Below, piece after piece: positions 39,206 through 53,638 of a stretch of DNA of 64,000 nt. The notes under the pieces were generated by a model, which made no database searches, was not told where the DNA came from, and saw only the letters and a list, made by a program, of their open reading frames with translations. The translations under genes were made by a program, and so were the position numbers. The stretch's first letter is position 1. The number at the start of each line of letters is the position of its first letter. The stretch comes from Octopus vulgaris (taxonomy: Eukaryota): contig OX597831.1 in NCBI GenBank assembly GCA_951406725.2, positions 46,252,001 through 46,316,000 of the forward strand, written 5' to 3'.

Positions 39206-42014
39206 CATTGCTTTTGCATAGCTTCTATCGCTAAAGATGTTTTACATTGGCAGCTGTTCACTACCTGTGAACTAAAGTAACAAATTTTATATAATTTTCG
39301 AGAAACTTTGGGAGTATTCGAGCGGGTACAAGCAGTGCTGTTTCCTGCAAGTGTTCCACCCTTATTGCAGCCCCTATTTGTTCCATGTACTTCTCGAGAT
39401 TTTTACTCACTCTTCCCAAGGCTCCGACAATTACTGGTACCACTACCACCTTTTTCATCGACCATAACTGCTTTACCTCCCAAGCTTTTCTTTCTTCCTT
39501 ACCGCATACCTTGTCGTCAGCTGGGCGTGCTATATCTATGATCCAGTATAGTTTGCTTTCTTTCTCAAGTAAGACTATGTCTGGCTTCCTATTTTCTATC
39601 TCATGGTCGCATTGAATCATAAAATCTCACAGGGTCTTTGCAGAACGATATTTTTGTAGATATCAAAAATGACTTCAAAATGGCGTCGTTTTCGTCTCCG
39701 AGTCAAGAAGAGAGGAGAGAGGAAGATGTTTTGAGGATGAAATCATCTTTGTTCGCCAACGTTTTTTAAACAATTTTGCAGACTTTATTAAAAGTATTTG
39801 TAGCAGTATCAGTAGCAATAACAGCATCAGCAGCAATAAAACCAACAACAACAACAACAACAGCAGCAGCAGCAGCAACAACAACAACATCAACAACACC
39901 GATAGGCGCAGCAAGAACAAATGATAGGCCAGACACAGAAGCTCACAAAATCACCAGCAGTATCAGCAGCAATAGCAGCACCGGCACCATCGGCAGCAAC
40001 ATTCTGGGCGGGACTCTGACCTCCATTGTGGATCAATGGCTTGTTCGTTCCTGAGGACTTTCCAACGCGGGACCCATAAATCTTTTACCTTTTACTGGAT
40101 GAAGGGCATTGCCATTTCGAGATAAACTCTACAAGCATGGAAGTGCCACGTAACCGGGCCTGGCCAAGCTGCACGTCGAGACACGAAACTATTCTGTATG
40201 CATTTGTCCAGTGCCTGAGCATTGCTGACTCTTGGGTTTAAGTTGAACACTTGTTTCATGTAGGACGAATCCGGCTGTCAACCAAGTCAATAGTGGGAAT
40301 CGACGATCTACCTTTCTTTGACAAAAAAGGGCAGTTATTTTTTCTCTTGCCGGTCTATATAGCAAAAGAAGTGGTGTGGCTGGCTGCTGTGGACGGGTAT
40401 TTTCCTCTCAAACCCAGATGGAATCTTTACTTCAAAGTCTGTGGTCCCGACGGGAAAGCCTGCCAGGTTTGAAAAGTATGTAGATAAACTGTATTTAATA
40501 AAATAAAAGTGGTATCGAGCCTTTTAAACTTACCAGAAGAAGGAATAATTTATATACATGTTTGTTCTTTCTCGAGCCATGCCTGGCTCATAAGGGTCGG
40601 TTTCCCGGTTTCATTGGCGTATAGGTTCCCCACCTGGACGGGACGCCGGTCCGTCGCAGGTGAGCTGCAAGATGCCGGAGAAATGGGTGAGAGAAAGTTG
40701 TGGTGAAAGAGTCAGCAGAAGCTCACCATTACCTTCTACCGGAGCCGCGTGGTGCTTAGCTGTTTCGCTCATAAACGGTCTGAGATTCGAACCGGCGATC
40801 CCTCGACCGCGAGTCCGCTGCTCTAACCACTAGGCCATGTGCCTCCACAATTTATATACATGCATACTATAATTTGTCTTGTTATTAAAAATTGAGGCAG
40901 CGACAAAGAATCTTTACTAATAATATTTTAGTGGAGAACCACTGATCGAGATAATTGCCTTTGTTCAGCGTCGGAGAGGCAGGAAAGAGCAGTTCTTGAA
41001 TAAATTCCACCTTTCTCTCCATTTCTCAGAGACGACATTCCGAGAGCCATTCAACCATTTAATATTGTTGTCTTCACTTGTGATACTCCTCCCTCCATCC
41101 TTCCTTCCTTCTTTCCTTCCTTGCTAGCTTAATTCCAACCCCTTTTTCCACATTTCTCCCTGCATCCCACTTTGCATTCTTATTCTTCAAACAATAATTT
41201 TCGGTCTTCCAACTGGATACGCAAACTCATTCAAGGGAGATAACTCCTCGTGCTTGAATTATGAGTTACAAATCGTGCATAATTTATCTTTCTTGTACGT
41301 AAGATTTTCCTTTTGTTTTTATTTACTTTCCCGAGATACTCTACGTGCGAATCTACCACAGCAGTAAGATTTGATTCCTGTGAGTGTTTTAAACTAAAGT
41401 ACTCATTTGATGAGTGTAAGCTCAGAATTATATATATATATTCGTCCTGTCGAAAAGACGCTTGTCTGTGACGTCCTGTTTTTGTTGCTATTATTATTAT
41501 CATTATTGTTTTTACGTATTTTTGTATTCTTATTCGTGCTATCACAAATATCACAATATTCGTGCGATATTGAAAGCTAATTACCCCAACATAGCAAGGC
41601 CAACTCAAGAGAAATTTGATCGAAAGAAATAATTAAATGTGATGATGCCCTTATGTGTGTATCTACTAATTTTGAAGTCTCGTGTAAGCACATACAGTTC
41701 CATCTGAAATGGACGCGATTACCAGCATCCTAAAAGGCAGAGCTTGAAAAATCGCCTTTGAGAAGATACTATTGAAACAATGTTACTTCACAAATAAATT
41801 ATATATATGTACATTCAGACACACAGTACTCACCAAAGAGCTTTTAATTAGTTCAGTGTAGTTACATACTCTGATTGTTTTATTTATTTTAATATAACGC
41901 TTAAATGTTTAGGTAAAATTATTTTACATGGTGAATATTTGAAACTGGGAAGAACTTGCCGTGTTCATTTCGAGTGGTATGTTTCATTTGCGGATAAGCT
42001 ATAAGGTGACGAAT

Positions 42015-43097
42015 TCAATGAGTTTCGATATTTTGTTTTTTACATAGCTGGAAAATGTTGTGAAATAAAGAAAGTAATTCATTACGAAACTGCCGATTGA
42101 AAACCCCGTAGATATACGGGTTAAGAGCAGAGCTGAGATAAGAAGAATAGAATAAAAACTTGTGAATCACTAGATCTTTATCACTTGCAACGTAATCAAA
42201 ATCTTCAACAAACAACCTCCAGTATATTCCAATGAAATGTGGTATGTAACTGATAATCCAGATCAAGGTGATAACGAAGAGTATTAAAGTAGCCCAAGCT
42301 GGCGGCACTGGTTGCTTTCTAAGACGCGCAAAAGCGGTAGAACTAATATCTGTAGACTGACCTTCAGGTTTGGAAATGTTAGGAGTTGTGAAGGCTTCAC
42401 GAAACTGATTAGCTTTAGTTTTCTTCGCTTTGTAAATTTTCCAAATGCGCATTTCAATTAATATGTATATAATGAAAAGAATGATAAACATACAGCAGCA
42501 AACGGTTGATCCAGTAGTGTAATAAGCAAAAAAATTTATTGTGCCATTTATATAAGGAGAAAATGCACAAACTCCTCCAATATCGCCACATTGTTCCACC
42601 ATTTTGTTTTGTGTGCCGGATACAAAAATTGATGGTGCAGACAAAATGAACGCGACGATTGTTAAACATGCTAAAATTGTTTTTGTATTCTTAACGGAAA
42701 TACTTTGTTTAAGAGGTCGACATATGAGAATGTATCTATCGACTGCTATAACAAACACAATGAAAGCTGAATTGGTTATTGCTGCAACTGTCACAGAACG
42801 TATCATACGACATGCAACATCACTGTGAAACGTATAGGGAAAACGTAGAACTACAATGTCCATAGGTATACATATTATGCAAGTTAGAAAATCACACACC
42901 GAGAGTGCTACAATGAACATATGCATGGCTGTCTCATCAAATTTATAATAGTATATGTATGATACAAAGCAATTTCCAATTGCTCCAAGTGCCATTGAAA
43001 TTCCGAGATACGTTATCACTGGAAAATAAACATCCACCATTTTAGTATTTAGTTCTAAAATACTAACGCAAATGTTGACACTGTTGTTTTGCTCCAT
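42015..43097 (-). CDS. Orphan GPCR copy 3, 360 aa
   Basis: Intact ORF with DRY and NPYIY; about 17 aa differences from copy 1. Confidence 0.95.
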   Translation of the reverse strand: MEQNNSVNICVSILELNTKMVDVYFPVITYLGISMALGAIGNCFVSYIYYYKFDETAMHMFIVALSVCDFLTCIICIPMDIVVLRFPYTFHSDVACRMIRSVTVAAITNSAFIVFVIAVDRYILICRPLKQSISVKNTKTILACLTIVAFILSAPSIFVSGTQNKMVEQCGDIGGVCAFSPYINGTINFFAYYTTGSTVCCCMFIILFIIYILIEMRIWKIYKAKKTKANQFREAFTTPNISKPEGQSTDISSTAFARLRKQPVPPAWATLILFVITLIWIISYIPHFIGIYWRLFVEDFDYVASDKDLVIHKFLFYSSYLSSALNPYIYGVFNRQFRNELLSLFHNIFQLCKKQNIETH

Positions 43098-43259
43098 TTT
43101 CTTAATATTGTTTGAAACTTTGAGGAAAGTGTTATGATTTGCGATTGGAGACCTCGTACTTCCTGGAAAGACAAAGAAAAGTTGTTTGTAAACAGTTTAT
43201 TCCAACAGACTTTATGAAATATTCTGCTTTACATCGAGAGTTAAGTTAACAGATTTTAC

Positions 43260-44164
43260 AGTTCTATATTTAAGAGATGTGGAATTATGTACATTATTTA
43301 CATTTGACGGATATCAGTCAAGAAAACATTAGATTTATAAGCCCTGTGTTCTCAGTCTATCATTTTAACTCCATCCCACAGGGGTAGGTGGTCTCCATTT
43401 TTCCATACATGATCAGCTATACCCGATTTATCAATATCTCCTCGTGTCACAGTTTTGCTATGTTTCTCTATCCCTACTTTGAAGGAGCGGCATGTTTCGC
43501 CCTTGTATAATCTACCACAGCTGCATGGGATGGAGTACACGCAATCTTTGGTCATATTCTCTTCTGTTGAGTGTTTTACTCGAAGGAGATATTTGCGAAG
43601 TGTTGTATTACTCTTGAATACTGTCCTGACGTCATATGGGCCACATATCTTTTGTATCTTTTCGGAGAGGTCTTTCACATAGGGTAGACAGACTGTGAAC
43701 AGTTTATTGGTTTCATTCTCTCTTTTCATAACTGGAGTGGATAATATGTTTTTGGGGTAGTTGTTGCTTAATAGATTGTCATTGAACTTGATAATTTCTT
43801 CGTGGTGTATACGGACGTCCTGAATCCATACTTGGAAAGTTAGATGGTTTGAAAGACGAGCTAGTTTTTGTTGAAGTGTCCCTGTGTCTCCATTGAAATG
43901 TAATGTCGGCTCAGTTCTACATTTTAGAAATAAGGAATTATGTACATTATTTAAATTAGTTACTTTTGACGGGTATTTGTCCTCATCGTGTTTGTTGTTA
44001 ACATAACGTTTCGGCTGGTTGGATTTTGGGGCTTGTAAATCTAATATTTTCCTATCCTTCCTTAAAACCGATGAAGACTGGAGGGTATATCAGCCGAAAC
44101 GTTACGTTAACAACATACAAGAAGAGGAGAAATATCCGACATGTGTAAATAATGTAAATAATGT
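43260..44164 (-). mobile_element. Penelope-like element remnant, unit 3, with ~316-bp deletion of the pseudo-LTR core
   Basis: ORF 43352-43729; deletion junction GCCCT|GTGTTCTC at ~43345. Confidence 0.85.
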
Positions 44165-44761
44165 CAACAAAGATTTGTACAAAAACAAGAAATACATTTA
44201 TCAAATATTAATTACGCATGATATTTATGAACGAATATTTGTGAATATACACTGTGAAATTGCTAAATTTTCGATATCAATCATATATTGGGAAGAGCTA
44301 GTAAATAAGCCATATAAGTATGTGCTTCTGTGTATGTGTGTGCTCGTTGTTAATGGTTGAATCCGAAGAACATTAAGCAGTAAATAATAGAATTATGGTT
44401 AAAAATACCATTTGGAAGGATGAATTCTATTCTTGGGTCTCGAACCTACACGTGTTGCAAATATGATAGACGTTCTGCCATTGGACCAAAATAATCTTTC
44501 AAATTTCTCCATCCATTTTCGAAACTTTGTTCTTATAAGTGAGAACTGCATATTGGTGAGATTTCGTGTGAAATAATTCGTTTTTAATGGTTAAAGTCGA
44601 AGTAGATAAAGTTATATGTAATAGCATCTAAATATTGGCTTAAGAAACACTTTGGGGAGAAAAAGCCGAATGTATGTATGTATGTATGTATGTATGTATG
44701 TATGTATGTATGTATGTATGTATGTATGTATGTATGTATATATGTATGTATGCTTGTATGT

Positions 44762-47700
44762 ATAATAACACTGTTTTCTGCAGCTGCACTAAATGGCTTT
44801 TATGCCTGTCTCCTCTCTCCATCTGTACAAATCTGTAGGTATAGTTTCTGTTGTACCTATAACTACTGGGATACATTTTACCCGCACTTTGTAATCTAAT
44901 AGCTAGGTCCTGGAACTTTGTTATTTTTCTATACCTCTCATATTTATTTTTTCATAACTTGGGACTGTAAAGTCAATTAATTGGTACTGTCTACTACTTC
45001 TAAATTAGGCTTTCTGTTACTATGTCAGTCAGAATGTTGGCTCTAGGTTGACATGCCCGTTCCATATATTCTTTCTGTGCCAGCATAATACATTCACTTA
45101 CTATATGAGTAACACATTCCTCTTTTGATTTGCATAACCTACATTGGGAATGCACTTAATTTTTGTCTGTTTTAGTTTTTTATCCAATTAATCCTTGATA
45201 CTTGATCTTGTGCTGCTTCTAACAAACTTTCTGTCTCTCGTTTCAGCCGTCCTTTCTGCAACCATAACCATGTCTCACTACTACTATTTGCTACAATCAT
45301 CTTTGGGAATCTACCATGCAAAGCCTTCTCCCTGCCAGTCTTTTGTTTGTTTTTCTGGCTTTTAACTTTGTTTGTTTTTTTGTTTTCCCTATGTCTTGCT
45401 GTGATTGAAGTAGCTCTCTAAACATTCTTTACTATTATCTACGTAGGAGTCTATATCTACTCTAGCTAACTCCACACAGTCTTCTACTGATATTATCCCT
45501 CTTCCACTTCCTTTCTAGCCAAGTATAATCTTGCTACTCCTGTGTTGGATGGAGTCCTCCATTCATATTGAATTCATTCCCAATTCTTCTGTCTAACTTT
45601 GCTAATGTAGTTTTTGTCCAATCTACAAAAACTGCTGAGTATCTAAGTAAAGATACTATCCACGTATTTAAAGCCTTCACTAGTTTCGGACAATTTAGTT
45701 TTGATTTCATAAACTTCCTTATCCTTCTGATGTGCTCCTTCTCAATTTTCGTTTCCGTTTCTATAATTAGTACTCTGTCAGATCTAATACTCCTAGATAC
45801 TTATAACTCTCTACTTCTCTCGGTGATTTTAATGTCTGGCCATCTCGTAATTGGATGCATTAGCTTTTGACTGCCTGTCCCCTTTTCATGACAAATATTG
45901 CATACTTATCTATGCCAAATTCCATCCTATATCTTTGCTGAACAGTCTTGCTGTCTGTATTAAGGAATCTCTCTTTTTCATTCTTAACAGGGTTCCGACA
46001 GTTATTCGTACTACTACCACCTTTTCCATCGACCACAATTGCTTAACCTCTCAAGTTAACCTGTCATATCTATCGACATTTTTCTTCCTTATCGTATACC
46101 TTGTTGTCAGCTGTGCATGCTATATCCAGCATCGTTTGCTTTCTTTCTCAATTAACACTTTGTCTAGTTTCCTACTCTCTATCTCATGGTTTAATGCTCG
46201 TACCACGTTTTTGCTCTGTTAAGTCCATACTTGTTGCAAAGCGTCCAATGGCATGCATTGACTAGTAATATGCCACAAGTTTCACCATTTTGTCTACAAA
46301 GTCTGCACTTATCACTATCCAATGTGTTGTGTATTCTGTATTTGATGTAATTCGTTCTTGATGCTTGCTCTTCGACGGCACCGATTAGGGATTATGTTTC
46401 CGGTTTTAAATCACTTTTAGTCATCCATAGCCATCTTTTTCTCTCTCTGTCTTATCATCAACATCCCTATGAAATTGTCCATGCATTCTTTCTTTGTCCA
46501 CCTATTTTCAGTTTCATTCACTCTCAAAGTGCTTGTACAGTGCTTTATCTTTGCAATCTTCCATCCTACACAAGCCTGACCTTCTTACGTCCAATAATAG
46601 TGGTTCTGTGGCATATTTTACATAGCATGCTATGCTGTTTTCCTCTGCTCTAATGCTGTGTTCGCATCAAATAAGTCTTCTTTCCCCTCCTTTTCTCGGT
46701 ACATACAGTCTGTCTGTGTCACGTTTTGGATGGAGTATCCCATATCTAGTCAGCAACTTCCTTGTCATTCCGTTTAAGCTGTTTAATTAGTCTACTGTCC
46801 ATGCAATTACCTCTGCTCCATATCTAAGTAGTGAAACTGCCCAGGTGTTGATAGCTTCAATCTTATTCCGTACGTTTAATTTTAACTTAAGGATCAGTCT
46901 CAGTCTGCGCAAGTACTCCACTTTAAATCTTTCTGTCATTTCTTTCTCCATCAATTTATCCATTTCCCAAATCCCCAGGTACTTATAGCCCGTATCTTCT
47001 ATCTGCTGCATAACCTCCCCCGGCAGTATCGCTAGCTCGTCCATACATTTGATTTTGCCTCTCTTCAAGACTAACGCACCATACTTTTTCAGTCCGAACT
47101 CCATTTTGATGTCAGCACTGAAAGTATACACCGTATCAACGAACGAACTGACTTGGGATTCATCTTTACCATAAAGTTTGAGGTCATCCATGAATAATAA
47201 GTGGTTGACATTCTGTTGGCGGCTTTTGAATACATACACAGCCTTTGCTTTCCTCAGAATTAGTGTTAGTGGTATCATGTACAGTACAAAGATCAGTGGT
47301 GACAGGCAGTTCCCTTTGAAGATGTCTTTCCTGATTTCTATTGTCCCTAAACTTCTTCCATTTGCTGTCAACCTCGTCCCCCAATTCGACTTACTTTTTC
47401 CAAGTAATCGCTCAACATTCGATGCAATACCAAGTAGGTCCATACGTTCCATAACCCAAGAATGTGGGATCATATCATACGCCTTACGATAATCGATCCA
47501 TGACATGGCCAAGTTAGTTTACCTCCTCTTGCAGTCTCAAAGTACATTTTTGTCTACACGGAGTTGATCCCTGGTGCCTCTGCACTTAGGCTTGCAACTC
47601 TTCTGCTCATGTGGCAGGATTCCATTTCCCCGCCATATGTTCGTACATTGACTCTGTGAGTATTCCAGTCAATAATTTCCACATAAGTGGCAAGCAGGAT

Positions 47701-48595
47701 ATCGGCCTGTAATTGTCTACCGTATTGCCTTTATCGATGTTTTTCAAGCACAGCACTGTCCTACCCATTGTCAATCACTCTGGTGTTATTTAGCCGGCAT
47801 GTAACAAGATGTTGAGTTGTGCAGCTATTCGTGCATGACATTCATCAAATCTTTTGATCCAGTAGCCTTGAATTCCATCTGAACAGTCTTGCAGTCCTTT
47901 TGCCCATTTTTTGTTGATTTCATTCATTTCCCTAACAGAAATGTCTAGTTCTGCCTGTTTTGGACAGACTACTGTTTGTTTAAGTTCTTGCAACCATTCA
48001 GCATCCTTCTTATGTTCCTTGTCTTTGCTCCAGATGTGTACTTCTCCAAAACATTTGGTTTTGAATGTTATCTGGTAGGATAGTGACATTTTTACCTTCA
48101 TCGACTGGTTCAGGATCATGTTCATACCAGGAAGCAGGAGTGCTGATTTTGTGGTGTTTACATATTTTCCAATGTAAATTCTGTCCTACCCTATCCTGGC
48201 GATTTTGTATACGTTTGGTGTCAGCACAGGACATCCTGAGACAAGATGGTCTATTGTTAAGTGAAATTTATCGCAGAATCTGCATTTAGGGTTAGAACCG
48301 TTTTGAAGAACGTTAGCTGGTAGCTTTTGGTAAGCAAGCTTTGATCTTGTGCCGCCAATATGAAACCTTCAGTCTGTGCTTTCAGTCCTGAACTTCTCAG
48401 CCACTGATGGTTTGCTGCTTGGTCTACATCAGTATTTCGACTTCGAAGTATATACTGTCCATGCAGTAGCTTCGGGCTCTACCGCTCCTCAATTTGTTTC
48501 TGCCCGTTCTTTTTGCAGTCTGCTTGATGACAGTGCTTTTAGGTTCTTCATCTAATTCAGGGTTAATGCCAAGTTTCCTTGCGAATTTGTTGTAC
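44762..48595 (-). mobile_element. R4/Dong-like LINE stack, unit 3; includes a 241-aa open RT fragment at 46787-47512
   Basis: WIDYRKAYDMIPHSW...SPLIF...HLLFMDDLKLY...YKYLG in one frame. Confidence 0.88.
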
Positions 48596-50990
48596 TCTTT
48601 CGCCACAACTTTCTCTCACTCTCTCTTCCTGTTTCTTGAGTAACGATACGATGGACTGGCATCCCGTTCTGTTGGGGGGAACACATACGCAACTGAAAGC
48701 GGGAAACCGGGCCCATGAGCCTGGCTAGGTTTGAAAAGGGCGACGTTTTTTTCTTATATAAACGCAGAGTTAGTAAAAATATATCGAAAAATGCAGATGA
48801 AATCAAAATGATGTTAAAATTATTTGCAACTTTTATACATTTTTACGAGAGATAATGCTATTCAACGATTATTACTCTGTATGCAAGCACTAAGGACGTT
48901 CTCTGTTTTCTTTGATTCCTAAACTATCAACGTTCTATGAAGAAGTAAAATAAAGATTCTATATATTGCTGCCAGATGGTAAATAATTTCATCTTTAATT
49001 TCAATTAATGACTCTCTTCGTGATATATCGATTTAATAAGTTATAGGTTATATTTGCTGAAGGTTTCGAAAACAAATGAAATAGTGCTATACTTAATCAA
49101 CACGCACTAGCAATTGGAAATATATCGCAATAGATAAAAGGAAATTGAATATGAGAGTTCTGTGAGTATACTTTCTTGTAGTTCTTAATTTTCAACCCTG
49201 CCTCACATCGCGAACGAATAGTTATTTTCCTTGCATTGACGGCTATTCCGAGAGGAAACGTGTATTTGAACACGAATATACTAAATCTTAAAGAATTCAT
49301 ATTTCATCACAAAATGATGAATGAAACAAACAGAAAATACGAAAACAGCTGGGTGAATAGAAGACTACAGGAAACCTAGACAAAACGGGACGGTGTGATC
49401 TGTATATATATGCAAAAATAATTAGTAAGAATTTTTCGGAATAAATTAGAAGACAGCCGCTGCAGTCCGTCAAAAATAGAAATGTGATGTGTTGTCAAGC
49501 TCACAAGGTCTCCAGGAACCATAAAATGTTCTTTAAGTACTGGCAATGCTGTTTTTGTGTTTCGTATCGTTCTTGATATTTAAACTTCATATGCGATGTC
49601 TTGCCTTGAAACCTACCAATTAGTCTTTCACCAAGCAATTCCCGCATAACTATTTGCTAATCTGGTCACTGAAGGTTTCAAGTGCCGGGAAAGATACATT
49701 AGCATATTATTTTAATGACACAGTTGACAATACGTAGAATAAAGAAATTAAAGTAATATATGATATAGGTCAAAGTAATGGTAATTTTGTAGCTAATTTA
49801 AATGAAATTTGTTATGAGAGAGACATAAAAAGGAGACAGAGAGGGAGATAAAGCAGGGAGAGAGGGAAAGAGAGGGGGAAAGAGGGAGAGAAAGACAGAC
49901 AGAGAGAGAGAGAGGGACAGAGATAGATAGAGAAGGATAGACAGGGAAAGAGAGGGGGAGAGATAAAAGTCGACAGAGAATATGGGAGATGGAGAGTTTA
50001 TGGAGAAAAAAAAAGCATAAGAAAATTTTCTGTCACTAAAACATATATGAGCTCTTTTCGTAAATTGACAAAACTACACATAATCATAATAGTTGAATGT
50101 GATGTTGATATTCAGATGACATTCCTAAATGTTGAGTAAGAAATCCTTTCTACGACAAGTACAAGGCCTGAAATGTTGGGAGTGGGGACTAGTCGATTAC
50201 GTCGACCACCAGTGTTTCACTGGTACTTAATTTATCGACACCGAAAGGATAAAAGGCAAAGTTGTACTCAGCGGAATTTGAACTCAGATTGTGCAGATGT
50301 ACGCAATGCCGCTAAGCATTTTAGTTTGTTAGAAGTCTAACTGAATAAGTTTAGAATAGTATTTTAACAGAAAAATCATTTGGACCAATATAGCGTTTTT
50401 TTAATGCGGAATCGTCTAGGCAATTCTGAAGAGACTAGTGAAAAGTTCCAATATTCGGATAAACCTTACGGACTATTTGTATATCTGTAAGGAAAGACAG
50501 AAAAAAAGGAAAAGTGAAAGGTTGCTATCAATGCCTTATATGGACTTAGGAGTATTTAGATGGACTTGAAATCCAAGTTGTCTAATTTCACAAGGTTTTG
50601 ACTGTGATAGGGACATTTAAATACAGCAATGGCAGTTGAAAAGACGCAACACAGTAAGAGTAGCAATTGATTTATATGCAGCGAATGTTAAATCTTGTGC
50701 CTAGTCCCTCAAACTGCTAGAAACAGAAAACAATTTTCTCCTCATATAACATCCTAACTCAATAAAGAAAAGGTGGAATGGTTGTGAAGAGAGTGTCGTT
50801 GATCAGAGATTTGTTGGATTAGGACTGACCTGAGGATAAACTATATCTGATTTATATAATATCCCGAGTAAATGTGATTTGATAGATGTTTGAGTGGATA
50901 AAGTAGTGAGATATATAATTATTAATGTTCTTTGATCTATGGAGCTCAACACCACCACCACCAACAATAGCAAAACATGCTAAAATTGAC

Positions 50991-51029
<39 letters not shown>

Positions 51030-53020
51030 GAGAGAGACAGAGACAGAGAGAGAACAATATATTAAGTTATGTTAGAAAAGATGGTTCAGGAAATACAACT
51101 CCTGAAAAAAAAAAGAATAGAGAGACAACATGATCATTGGTGAATTGTTTTTGATGATGGATTTGTTGGATCAGCTTCGATTACGGAGCTAAGCAAGAGG
51201 AAAATCATTAATATAATAAGCGTATACATACCACCAGCAGTATTAGTAGACGTTTCGTTACTCTTCTCATGCGAGACTCAACACATTTCACAAGTAAATA
51301 TAATTTTAATACGTCACACATCCTGTTACAATTAAAAGTTAATTAATGTAACCATATAGGGACACTAATATCTCTCATCAAGGAAGCTATATCAATGTAT
51401 ATCAAATAGCCGAATTAATTTGCTTAACTCTCTGCGCACATGAGGTACAGAGATGGCGAGCGTATGTGTTGTGCATGTGTGTAATTGCGATCACATTATC
51501 TGACGGTGGCCATGATGCCGAACGTCGTGTGACGCATAACCCTACATTTGTAAGATTCACACGTTACGAATCTTAGTCTAACTGTACCAAGTACGTCTGC
51601 TGCGAGACTAAAAACCAAGAATCTCTATTTATATGAAAAGTTGACATGGGAGGAATTTCATCCGGTATTCCTGGTCTGCTACCACAACAGCTCCTTTATA
51701 GGATCCAGTTAGCTCAAGACATCATCAGGAGGAACCACGTTCGGTTTCGGCCCCTACTCATCTACCGTTTTGACGTGGCGCCTCCCCCTTTCGGAGGTGT
51801 CTTCATCTCTGGTGTTGGGTGCATGTCTTCTTTCTTCTGTTCCCTAGCCTCTTCGATGTTGCGTCAACGAATATCAGCGGGCGACTGACTGTCTTGTCAA
51901 ATTTCCCTTTAAATACCTTCTGCTAGCCTCCAGTAGGCAGCCCCAGCAAGTTTTCACGTGACACTGTCTCAACTTTAACTGATCAATGAAGGCGCGTGGT
52001 GGACTAAATATTGGGTAAATAATTCCTTAATCTATCCACAAACAAGTAACAAAAGCTTTTCAATAGACATATGCACTTTCCTGCGGGAATGAACAAAACA
52101 GTACATCCTGGCTGTTTGAGGGAAAAGAACGAAAGCTACAACAATAAAAGGAAGCTTTTAGAGAAATGTAATCCCAACAGTTGATGATGAGGGTTGCATT
52201 TAGCAGAAAAACGACCTATCTTAAGCCTGGAATGTAGCTAACTGCCAAACCGTAGGTGTTTACATGGTGTTCACATGAACGGAAGTACATTCTACAAAGC
52301 TACTTAAAGCATGTATAAAATAGTTGAGACGATTTCTTTCGCCTCCAATTTTTTTCGCAGTCGATCTTCTTCACAATCATTCACACATTTAAATACTCTT
52401 GTCCTTCCTTCTGTTATTCTTGAATTCCTACATCTCTCTTCCCATTTCACTCTACATCTTTCTCTTTTTATACTCACAAAAATGCTTTTCTTTTTCAAAC
52501 TGGATGGCTCTCCCTCAAGCAAGCGAAAGGATTCTTCGTACCTCAGTCACGTGATATCGCCCCTGCGTGAGTTTTTCATTAAATATAGCATTTTAAATTT
52601 TACTTACCCGACGGATTTTCGTAGGGCTTCATGCAGGCCTTCCGCATCAGCCTTCTTTGATGTTTTTCAACTATAATACAACTGGGCATAATTTTCTATG
52701 CAGCTTCGTTCAAAGTCTTTCAACCAGCGAAGTTGGAAACAAGTGTAGGTTTTTTAACCATAAAAATATACTGTATGACATTCTAAAATAAAAGGAAATA
52801 AGTTTTGACGATGTACCAGTTTCCATATTTTCTGCTGTTATAATTATTGCTAATATACACTCCAGATGATATTGCCATGCAGTGAAGCGAACACGGAGTT
52901 TTCAAAGTGAGTGACAACACCTAGTAGTCATGGACGTTAAATACGAATCGATGCGGCTAGCCGTAAACTGGAAGATAACTGAGAGCGGCCACGGTATCCG
53001 CTCAGAAAATATTTTCCTCT

Positions 53021-53112
53021 ACACTCATTCACTCACTCACTCACTCACTCACTCACTCACTCACTCACTCACTCACTCACTCACTCACTCTCTCTCTCTC
53101 TTTCACACACAC

Positions 53113-53165
<53 letters not shown>
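53021..53165 (+). repeat. (CACT)n(CT)n(CA)n compound microsatellite
   Basis: Seen directly. Confidence 0.95.
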
Positions 53166-53169
<4 letters not shown>

Positions 53170-53496
53170 TATATTCTTTTCTTTTAAATTCCTTTTTCTT
53201 GTTTCAGTCAGTTGACTGCAGCCATGCTGGAGCACCGCCTTTAGTCGAAGAAATCGACTCCAGGACTTATTTAGTGACTCGCAGTGGGACTGAACCCGGA
53301 ATCGTGTGGCTGGGATGCAAGCTTCTTACCATACAGCCTTTTGATTAGGTTCATGTAGTTATGTAGTCTGAAAACGCTTTATTTGTTTAAACGTAATATT
53401 TAGATATTCAAAAAACATTGTCTTTTATGGCGAATCCTGTTTGCAATTGCTAAAAAGCAATATAAAACACCTGTGAATGATCATAAAATGTTCAAT

Positions 53497-53638
53497 TCAA
53501 GGAGTTCTGATATTTTGTCATTCTCATAACTGGAAAATTTTGCGAAATGAAATCAGCAATTCATTACAAATCTGTCGACTGAAAAGTCCGTAAATAAGAG
53601 CTGAGCAGAGATGAAAAGAATAGGTTAATAACACTTGG
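53497..53638 (-). pseudogene. Decayed GPCR 3' fragment, unit 3 copy
   Basis: Translates as IYGLFSRQICNELLISFRKIFQL*, matching IYGVFNRQFRNELLALFHNIFQL. Confidence 0.85.

Noticed and set aside
46787-47512. Possible domesticated or active reverse transcriptase
   Set aside because: Only a partial RT with a degraded QG motif (IFKGNCLSP), flanked by stops and frameshifted in units 1 and 2.
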